From: Hydrurus foetidus
Taxonomy: Eukaryota
Length of the DNA stretch: 35,766 nucleotides
NCBI GenBank assembly: GCA_900617105.1
Contig: UYFQ01000305.1
Location: forward strand, 1-35,766
Direction: 5' to 3'
The translations under genes were made by a program, and so were the position numbers. Within the stretch, counting starts at the first letter, position 1, and every line of letters begins with the position of its first letter. The notes beneath the pieces were generated by a model that did not search any database, was not told the DNA's origin, and worked only from the letters and a program-made list of their open reading frames with translations. This document shows positions 1-8,800 of this stretch, piece by piece.

Positions 1-78
1 TTATCCTAGCTTCTAGCTCGTAGCCTTGTAACTAACTAACACCTCTCCTCTATCGACCTACTTCCTATCTGGACTACA
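1..78 (+). repeat. 3' part of a gypsy LTR (family 1), truncated by the window edge; 3' LTR or solo LTR inserted in the gag ORF of the YR retrotransposon
   Basis: Identical to the last 78 nt of the LTRs at 5109-5316 and 11668-11875, ending ...GGACTACA. It is followed by ACGG..., not by the internal sequence ATAGCGC, so it is not a 5' LTR. Confidence 0.95.
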
Positions 79-80
79 AC

Positions 81-233
81 GGCCGCCTCTATACGTGCAA
101 ATTTGGGAAGGACTGTGCCTTCAGGCATATTACAATAGAGGGCAAGTCGAGGCAAAGATTGCTCGACATTGTCGGATCTTTGACGGCGGTCCCTCGAGCG
201 GACTTGACACGGGCTGTCGTTAAACGCTCTTGA
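81..233 (+). pseudogene. C-terminal fragment of gag-like ORF1 of the YR retrotransposon
   Basis: Manual translation GRLYTCKFGKDCAFRHITIEGKSRQRLLDIVGSLTAVPRADLTRAVVKRS* contains C-x5-C-x3-H, the second half of a CCCH finger. The N-terminus is cut off by the LTR at 1-78. Confidence 0.7.
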
Positions 234-626
234 CTCCCGGAAGCGGTGCCGCCTACCAGCACAGGTTCGTACTGATTGATGCGATAGCATTGCTCGGGTC
301 GATCCTCTGATCGGCAGCCTGTTGCGTACTCATCTGTTTGCGTGTTGACGATGAGTGTGCGTGATGGTGTTGTGTCAGCGGCCTCCTTCGACAGTTATGG
401 GGGACGCTGCCGAGAAGTAGACAGTGGTACTGGTTGTTACCTGTCTTGTGTTTAACACTGACGCATGCGGTCGCGTATGTATGATCAGCGAAAACGGGGA
501 TCCAGGGGTGTCTGGTCCCTCCGCATGCGTAATGAATGATGCATATCGTCGCATGATACCCGTGTTCTGGGCTGTGTTTATCATGCGACCGTATCATCGG
601 GCATTCCGCTAAGGCACCTGAGTGCT

Positions 627-2885
627 ATGCGATGCCTGCTGTTTAATCCATATTATATGGAGACTCATTTCCCGATCTCGTTGTCTTATGCAGTTGTGGA
701 TTGCACGAGGCATGTGAAGGCATCGAGTCTGACCCAGCGAGAGTTTGGACCGGGAGTCACGAGTGATTCGGGGAAGAGGATTGGAGTTGATACGAGCGAG
801 ACGGCGCCCGCGATAGGATCGTGGATAGAAGCATGCTTTCCAGGGGACTCGCCCATGAGCAAGATCGGGATAGAGGAACTGATAGCAGAGGCTGCGGAGG
901 CTGCACGTAACGACTTCGGTGCGGACTCAGCCAACGAGTGGGCTAATGGATACACGTTTCCACCCGATCTTCTAGCCAGCGACGTCCGCTGCCTACGGGC
1001 GGCTCAGCTCGACTTCAGGAGCATGGTGGAGCGGCGGCTGAAGATCCTGTCAAAGGACCGCTTGAGTCGGACGAGAGTGACCTCTCTCAGTCCAGACAAT
1101 CCCGAGTTGGCTTTAATGGAAGATTTGGCTGACGGAATGAGGGTCGCCACACCCGAGGGCTTTGCCCCAAACGGTCATCAGCCACGGTCCCCGCTGCGCG
1201 CCTCGTATGAGACGGTGTCGGCCGCCGTAAACAAGATGCTAGGGGCGGTGATCGAGCAACGCTTAGCGTTCATTTTGCCATTGGATCTTGCTCAGGCCCA
1301 TGTCCCTAACTTGCATTTATGCAAAGCGCACTGGACGACTAAGAAAGGAAAGGCGTCGGGACGCCCTTTGGGGGACCTCAGTAATGTGGACGGGACTCCG
1401 CTCAACACGGACGCCACCGCTGAAGCCGCCACTGCGTATTACGGACCCATCACACACCCCACAATCGAGGACATAGCTGTGATGGTGGGCCGATTTTGGA
1501 AAGATGCTGCTGCACGTGACTCCTCGCTTCGGTACGAAGATCTTCGCCTATGGAAGATGGACCTCAAGGGGGCGTACACTCTCCTATCGTTCCGTCCTGA
1601 GGACGTTGGGTTGTTTGGAATGCTGCTCACTGACAACCTTGTCTATCTCCAGCTAGCCGGCATCTTCGGTTGGTCAGGCACACCCGCGGCCTTCCAGGTG
1701 GTGACGCGAGCGATCGCGTGGGAGCTCCGATCAAGACTCAAAAGCCGCACTGTCATGTACGTTGATGACATCATCGGGATCGGGTTCGAGAAGGATATCG
1801 CCGATGATCTCGCCTCGACACGGAGCATATGCACTGCGCTGCTTGGTCCCGACGCCGTTGCAGACGACAAGACGGAAGTGAGCCGGCGCTTAGATGTCAT
1901 AGGCTATGTCATTGATTTAGATACCGGTAGAGTGCTGATAAGTAAGAAAAACTTCTTAACAGCACTTAACGGTTTTCTAAAAGCGGACACCACGGAGCGG
2001 ATTAACCTGAGGGCTGCACAGCGTCTCGCATCCTGGAGCACACGTTACGGCAAGATATGCCGGGTGATGCGGCCGTTCTGCAGCGCTCTGTACCGGCTAA
2101 CATGGGGTCGGACGGACCCCCATGCGCTGTTCCACCTGTCCGCGGAGGCGATCGTGGCGATCCAGTGCTGGCGAGCGATGCTATGTCTCGTGCGGCATAG
2201 GGAAACGGAGTTCACCCGCTCCATTGCATCGTTCGCGCCAGAGACACCAACAATAGTGGCAGAGTTCGACGCGTCCCTGAGCGGAGCCGGTCTTATATGG
2301 TACAGCAGATCGGGCGACGCAGAGGTGGCGGTGGGTGTCGGCGCCGCTGATCTTCTCTTCCTAGGCTTCGGTGAAGATTCTTCGTTCCAGAACTTATCAG
2401 AGTTCCTGGGGGCGATCTTGGCCATACTAGGACAAGTTGCCCTTGGGTTTCGGGGGAGGAGTCTGGCCCTCAGGGGCGATAGTGTCACCGCACTAACATG
2501 GGCCATAACGGAGAGACCAAGAGGAGTACTGGTGACAAAGGCCGCGATGGTCTTTTCACTCCTTTGCATCGCAACCGGTGTGGACGTGAAGGAGGTCACG
2601 CACATTGCAGGCACGGAGAACAAGAATTGTGATCGGCTGTCCAGAAGAGGTCGCGCACCTACGATGTCCATTATCGAGGAGGCAGAAGTGATGGGTATGC
2701 GGGGGGCCGATGTCGTTGAGATCGATGGTGATCAAGACATTATCGACATCCTCAAGCTGTGTGATCCCAGGTCCGAACTGCACTCTGAAGAGGAGTTTAT
2801 AATATTTTGGTCCGCAGCGAGGCACTCAATTGACTCCTTCTTGCGACAACACCCACAGTCCGTCGGCAGCGGTGAGCGCCTTTAG
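627..2885 (+). CDS. Reverse transcriptase-RNase H of the YR retrotransposon (true start uncertain)
   Basis: RT motifs LWKMDLKGAY, FGWSGTPAAF, YVDDI and LDVIGYVID. DIRS-type RNase H motifs FDASLSGAG, LSEFLG, RGDSVTA and HIAGTENKNCDRLSR. Confidence 0.93.
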   Translation: MRCLLFNPYYMETHFPISLSYAVVDCTRHVKASSLTQREFGPGVTSDSGKRIGVDTSETAPAIGSWIEACFPGDSPMSKIGIEELIAEAAEAARNDFGADSANEWANGYTFPPDLLASDVRCLRAAQLDFRSMVERRLKILSKDRLSRTRVTSLSPDNPELALMEDLADGMRVATPEGFAPNGHQPRSPLRASYETVSAAVNKMLGAVIEQRLAFILPLDLAQAHVPNLHLCKAHWTTKKGKASGRPLGDLSNVDGTPLNTDATAEAATAYYGPITHPTIEDIAVMVGRFWKDAAARDSSLRYEDLRLWKMDLKGAYTLLSFRPEDVGLFGMLLTDNLVYLQLAGIFGWSGTPAAFQVVTRAIAWELRSRLKSRTVMYVDDIIGIGFEKDIADDLASTRSICTALLGPDAVADDKTEVSRRLDVIGYVIDLDTGRVLISKKNFLTALNGFLKADTTERINLRAAQRLASWSTRYGKICRVMRPFCSALYRLTWGRTDPHALFHLSAEAIVAIQCWRAMLCLVRHRETEFTRSIASFAPETPTIVAEFDASLSGAGLIWYSRSGDAEVAVGVGAADLLFLGFGEDSSFQNLSEFLGAILAILGQVALGFRGRSLALRGDSVTALTWAITERPRGVLVTKAAMVFSLLCIATGVDVKEVTHIAGTENKNCDRLSRRGRAPTMSIIEEAEVMGMRGADVVEIDGDQDIIDILKLCDPRSELHSEEEFIIFWSAARHSIDSFLRQHPQSVGSGERL

Positions 2886-2906
2886 TAGGAGGGGGCACCC
2901 CCTTCA

Positions 2907-3080
2907 GTCCGGGTTGGGGAGCGCCCCTTCGGTCCGAGTTGGGGAGCACCATCAGCCCGAGTCCGGAGTCCAACTCACACGTTACAGCTCCACCTCACCA
3001 TTAGTCCGAGATGGGGAGCACCATCTGTCACAGTCCAGAGTTTAGCTCACGCGTTACAGTCACACTTACCTATTGTTCCG
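2907..3080 (+). repeat. Degenerate tandem repeat (two ~72-bp units plus a partial unit) between the RT-RH and YR ORFs
   Basis: GTCCG(A/G)G(T/A)TGGGGAGC recurs at ~2907, 2932 and 3004; CTCAC(A/G)CGTTACAG occurs twice. Confidence 0.75.
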
Positions 3081-3134
3081 CTACGCGGTGGCTACGCTCG
3101 TAACCCCTTCACCCGTCGAATGTTATCCTCACAG

Positions 3135-4313
3135 GAGTCGGAGGAGTGGTGTCGGCCCAGAGCCGGCAGGAGCTTGCCCGGTTCATTGGGACTTCAGTGT
3201 TACCCAACACCAACCGCGCCTATGATAAGTCTTGGATGAAGTGGGTCTCGTTCCTTAAGAGCGAGGTGGATGAGGACGACCCTTTCGTGAGGTGCGCGGA
3301 GGAAGAGGAGAAAGCGGCCCTAGTTGGGCTTATGATGATGAGGAAGCACGAGCAGGGTCTGAGGGGTAAGCAGGCCACCTCGTTTACGGCAGCCATCCGC
3401 TTGCGCTTCGCCCAACAAGGACTCTCGATAGATTTTCTCAACTCGCCAGTGATCGCTACGGCGAGGGCTGCGTGCAAAATGAAGCCCGAGGAGCTCCGTG
3501 AGAGGAAGGACAGCGGTGCAGCAGCCAGCGTTAAGCTGCCAGTATGCGAAAGCATACTGGTGGATATGAAGGCGAGGATGTGGACCGGACGCGGGTGGGT
3601 AGGCGCAGACATGCGGAACCGCATGTCATACATCGGGTGTATGTGGGCCTTCGAGATGGGAGCACGAGTCTCGGAGTACACGACTCCGGAGCCGGGAGGT
3701 GTCGACCACTGTATTCGAGTAGACGATTTGACCTTCATAGCAGTCTTCCCCAGTGGTACCAGGAGCATTTACGGCAGTGAGCTTGCCGGACTCGGGTTGG
3801 CGGGTGGTGTGGCCGGTAGACCGAACATCGAGGAGTGCAGGGCCACCGGTGTAACCGCTAAGGGTAAGACGCTCGTCAAGCCGAAGATAGTTCGTCGCCG
3901 ATCCATGGAGGAGAGTAGATTCCTCGACGACCTCATGGATTTCATTGTGCACAGTGGAAGCACGAGCAAGGACGAGCTCTTCACGTGAAGCGAGTATTCA
4001 CGTGAAGCTACGGCCCAAGGATGTGCGAGAGGCTCTCAAGAATGCGTGTGAAGCGAACGGCCTTGACCCCGACTACTTCAGTTCGCACTCCTTAAGGAAA
4101 GGGGCAATCACAGAGATGCGTTGTTTAGGCGCGTCGGAGGACGACCGGAGGGACAGAGGAAATTACGCCCCTAACTCTCAGGTGATGAACCTCACGTACG
4201 ACTATGGCGCGGGTATTGGTCCGCTCGCCTCCAATAGTTTAGTCGGCGGACACAAGCCGACGGTCGAAGACGTAAGAAGGCTGATACCCCCGGTGAGAAG
4301 AGTTGAGGGGTAA
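3135..4313 (+). pseudogene. Tyrosine recombinase of the YR retrotransposon, broken by a stop/frameshift at ~3985
   Basis: ORF 3146-3988 has the N-terminal SAM-like region (PNTNRAYDKSWMKW) and catalytic Arg (GARVSEY). ORF 3945-4313 has HSLRKG, RGNY and the catalytic Tyr region (MNLTY). Confidence 0.9.
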
Positions 4314-4350
4314 GGCAATGGGGTTGGATCAGACCCTTGGCATGGTGTTG

Positions 4351-4605
4351 GGTGAAGGGAATTCTGACCCAAGGTCCGCCCAAGTACCCGAGCTTGGTTC
4401 GGCAGTCCGAACAGCAGGGGACGGCGGACGGGTGAGCCCAGGCGCGCAAGCGCACCCACTATGTAAGATAACACAGTGTTCATTTTATCACGATTTGCAT
4501 TGACGGGGCACTTGAGGTGCAACGGAGTTCGCCGGGGAAAGACGACGTAAGGATGCCATGGGACTATTTCCCCTATAGGGACTCAACTCAGATAGCGGAA
4601 TAGAA
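4351..4605 (+). repeat. Split direct repeat B1 (255 bp) of the YR retrotransposon
   Basis: Matches 5027-5108 joined to 11880-12052 (82+173 = 255 bp). Confidence 0.95.
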
Positions 4606-5026
4606 TTAGAGGATACCGGACGGTAGTATGGGTTCTCTGGAGCGGCTAGGAGCGAAGGCCGCTGACCGTCGCCGGTCCCCATAGGGACGGGTGCGGAGGG
4701 GAATATGTCGGGGGGCGGGACGGGGACTATGACGATGACAGCTTGGGGTCAACTCACAGCGGGAATGGGTCCCCCTAGTCACCGTTGCGTCAAGTTAGTT
4801 TTTCAAATATTTCAAATAACTATGCAGCATATTTTCAAATTATTATTTTAGCATGTCTGCGCGTAGTCGACTAGTTTGACTGAGAGTGTCCTCTCATAAT
4901 TTTTTGATCAGTCCAAGTCTATCTAGTCGAACACTTTTGATCACCCCGTGGCCAACCAATCCTACCATGTTTATAGTCATAGTATAAGATATTGTGCAAT
5001 GTTATCTGACCACTTGCGTGCCAGTT
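4606..5026 (+). repeat. Predicted A2 repeat (copy of the element's 5' terminus)
   Basis: Non-coding 421 bp between B1 and B2, as in the A1-ORFs-B1-A2-B2 architecture. The A1 copy is not visible in the window. Confidence 0.6.
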
Positions 5027-5108
5027 GGTGAAGGGAATTCTGACCCAAGGTCCGCCCAAGTACCCGAGCTTGGTTCGGCAGTCCGAACAGCAGGGGACGG
5101 CGGACGGG
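5027..5108 (+). repeat. Split direct repeat B2, 5' part (interrupted by gypsy)
   Basis: Identical to 4351-4432. Confidence 0.95.
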
Positions 5109-5316
5109 TGTGGTCGGACCGGCTATACCGGGCCTACGGGCCGTACCGGACCTTGTCCCGATCCATCCGATCCTACCGCCTACTGTACACATACATCTCT
5201 AGCGCAGCTGCTAGCTAGCTCTAGCCTACTCGTAGAAGTTATCCTAGCTTCTAGCTCGTAGCCTTGTAACTAACTAACACCTCTCCTCTATCGACCTACT
5301 TCCTATCTGGACTACA
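5109..5316 (+). repeat. 5' LTR (208 bp)
   Basis: TGTGGTC...GACTACA; identical by eye to 11668-11875. Confidence 0.97.
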
Positions 5317-5332
5317 ATAGCGCTATTAGTCC
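5309..5332 (+). promoter_or_regulatory. Palindromic element at the PBS position of gypsy family 1
   Basis: GGACTA-CA-ATAGCGCTAT-TAGTCC, with perfect palindrome AATAGCGCTATT at 5316-5327. No TGG-initiated tRNA complement. Confidence 0.6.
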
Positions 5333-5878
5333 ACTCTTTTCTCTGCTACCTCTCATTCCGTCTACTCGTCCCAACCTGTAGATAAGACTTCTGAGCGTTT
5401 GCTCAACGACTTTCGAGCCGTTCTCTTCTGCAGCCATTGGCTCAGAAGACCTAGTCTAAGTTAGAGAAAGTCAGATTAACTGCTTTCTTGGAATCCCCGT
5501 GCATTGGGCTCTTCCAAACTTGACATTTTGGTCGAAGTTGATTTATCCTTCCCAGAAGTCATTTTAGACTTGCTCCGCTGGTCGATCGAATCACAGATTC
5601 ATCACCAGAGACATAAGATTAGTCTATAGACTTCTTTTTGTCGACGTTGAGCAACGTCTTTGACCTTAACAGGCACCCAATTTTTCTACCACTCTAAATT
5701 TGGCTTTCACGCCATAGAACTTTTCAGTTCAAGAGTTGGGTAGAATTGCTTCATTCGTTGTTACTGACGTTACAGTACCCGTTTGTGAACGAGGCGAAGC
5801 TCTTGAAAAATTTTTCTGAGCAGGGGTTATCGATCTCCATTGACTTTCAGTGAGATTTACATCGATAAGTGATTAGAC

Positions 5879-8800
5879 ATGTCATCACCACCTAACCCAA
5901 ACCCTGATCCGAATCCGGACGAAGAGGAGATTGCACGTCTGGCAGCTTTAGCCGCGCTCAACGAGTCGACTATCTCAATGTCGAACTCGCTGTTCCCAGC
6001 TTTCCCCTCGACGATGCAACTCCAGGGTGAGGTGTTCGTCCTCAGGCATAACTTCATTGATGAAGCTGATGCGACTGAGTTCTACGAACAGGCTCAGAGG
6101 TACCCGTTGATGAAGCTGACCGATTGCATGCAGAAGCAGGCAATCGAGTTACTTAATTTCAGGATCATGATCGATCCTGAATTTAACATCATCGATAGAC
6201 GACAACGCCATGATTGGCAGACTAAATTGTCGGTACTTCAGGTAGCCAAACTGATAATAAAGTACTTCTCTCCAAATGGTTTGGGAGAATGTACTCTGGC
6301 AGAGAGCTTTAGCCAAGTTCCTTTCCATTATCAGATCGCTAACCACGATCATGAGAATGCCACATTCGTACGTTACAACGAACTTGTGAGCACTTATGAG
6401 AGGTCTAAGGGACCATTATCTGAGACTCAGCATGCTGAGCTCATATTGATATTGGAGAAGCGCCTAGCCAAGGGTAGTCAAATCCAACAGGATTACCTGA
6501 AAGCGAAAGCTGCTGACAATTCCCCACCTCATACGTGGTATTCGACTATGCTACGCATTGGTCAGGTTCTTGCCGAGGCTAGGGCAATGATGAACCTCAT
6601 CAAAAGCTATGGCAACCCGGACACGGTGTACTCGTTTCCTGCATCAGCAGTTCCACCAGACGTTGGTAAGAGGGAGACGAGTAGAGCGAGTGCTAAAGCA
6701 CCCTCACCTACACCATCCGCTTCGTCGAGATCAGTCACTGCTACTGTGCGTACTCCTAGCTCGTACGTTCCGACGCAGCACGGACTCTCTGTCCGTGCTT
6801 CCACGGAAGTACCGCTCGTACCGATGTTTCGTCCGTGCCGGTCGTGCGGAGCTACGTCGCACAATTTGGCAGACTGCCCCATACTGTATTACTCCGACTC
6901 CAACACGAATCACCAAGTTGAGTGGGAGAGTTCTACAGTGGGGATGGCTTGGGCCGCGGTGGGGTACTCTGAATGGCAACTCAACCTCGTCCTTCCGGGA
7001 TACGAGGAACGAGTTCAGTTCTACCCCAGAGGTTCTAAACCTTACTTGATGTGTAACGACAACAAGCGCGCCAAGAACAGCCATGGTTCTGGAAACAACT
7101 CCAACACCTCGGATGGTTCAGATCGTTCCAACCAGGGTCAAGGAGGAAACTCCCAGAACCAATCTGGTTATGGTAACCAGGGTAACCAGGGGGTGGTAGA
7201 GGTAAGCAAAGGGGCCATCAAAACCCCAATGCGAACCAATACCAGGGCCGTGGGTCCGGCGGTAAGGGTAAATACAACCCCCGCAGGGACACAACCCTCC
7301 TCCCAACACTCAGCCGGGACAACACCAGGGTAAGAACCTTGCCCATGACTGTGTGGCTGCCACATTCGATGATGATGTCTTTAATCTGACTGATGATCAT
7401 CTCGAAGTGCAGCCACTTGTACCTATTCGTGAAGAATTTTTACATACCCCTTCCATCCTCGCTTCTCACCACCTTAACGTTACGGTTATTGTGCAGGATA
7501 AGGACAGGACAGGCCCAGCTAGCGAGCTGCGCGCCGCGGGGAAGGCCGTAATGGATACGGCCAATTATTCGGACAATTTTATTTCATATGACATGATTGA
7601 AAAATTAAATGCTACTCACTTATGTTATCCTGCTCTTAAAGCCATAACTGTTTGCAGCGGTCTCGATGGCCAATGCTATCTAAATAACGAAATTTGCGAT
7701 TTAAAAATCCTTTTTCATTCTTACGATGGTGAATGCCATAGCATCAGCCTACCCATGAGGGTCAATCGGAAAACCGACATCGACATTTTATTTAGCCGTG
7801 AAACGGTAAATAAGTATGATTTTTGGACGTTAACTCCGTTTGCATTCGGCATTTCTCCTGAGCTAAGTGCTGAGAATAAGAGAAAGAGCGATGCTCGCAG
7901 ACGCGAATTCGAAAGAAAAGAAGCTTTGGATAAACTCGATCCGTTGTTTCAACACAAATATACGCGTCGTATGATAGCGTTGGGTACCGAACCTGATACA
8001 GCCGTAGTCGAGTCTTTAACACCTCACTACGACAAGCTGAAATATCCAGGCGGTAAACCACCCTCTAAAAAGAGAGAAACACACGGATCTTCCGAGTATC
8101 CAAACAAGAAGAGCATATTGCATGGTCAATCTTCTTCGAAGAGCAACGTCTCTTGTGTCCATACAATGTCGACATGTAACGATACTCAGATGGAGATCGA
8201 GGGAGTAGCTACCCAAGATCCCTGTGGTGTTGTAGGTTGTGAGCGACTGAATAGTGTCACTACTATTCTCGCAAAACGTACGGGTGATACACCGCACCTA
8301 GGTGGCGACCAGATTCCCACCCCTACAAACACTTCTGAGGACTCTGATACCTTAGACTATGTCACTGAGCCTTTATGGCCCAGTGGTGTCGCACTCTCAG
8401 TTGACGAGATTGACGATGGCAAGATAGATACGTTTGCCCCTTCTTGGCGGAGAAACCTAGTCAAGATGACTTGCCCAAAGGGCCAGAGGATTTCCTCAAA
8501 GAGATTACCTTTGAAGGAGATGAAAGCTTTCAAAGGAAGCTCCGAGAGCTCTGTTCTGAATATTCAGACATCTTCAGTGATCAATTAGCTGAGAAACCAG
8601 CGTCACTTAAACCCTTTGAGATTAACATCCCACTTGAGTTGTGGGAAAAAGACGAAAACCGTACGCCGGTACGTCCCCAGTCATCAACAAAAGAGGTTGC
8701 TCTCAAAGAAAACCTTGACGAGATGCTTGCATCAGGGGTTATAGAGCGATCAGATGCCGCTTATTACAGTCATCCTGTAATAGTAACTAAGTCACCCGGT

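Noticed and set aside
234..626. Short ORFs between gag and RT
   Set aside because: No recognisable motif. They may be a frameshifted pol N-terminus but cannot be supported.
686..3984. Antisense ORFs over RT and YR (and similar shadows over the gypsy and copia pol)
   Set aside because: Shadow frames of real coding sequence with no recognisable motifs.
627..4313. Prokaryotic retron/DGR/group II intron or phage integrase system
   Set aside because: The RT has a DIRS-type RNase H, and the context is intron-rich eukaryotic DNA.
5109..5316. Tf1-type self-priming
   Set aside because: Only a 6-nt TAGCGC match to the PBS-position sequence exists in the LTR, too short for the ~9-11 nt duplex that mechanism needs.
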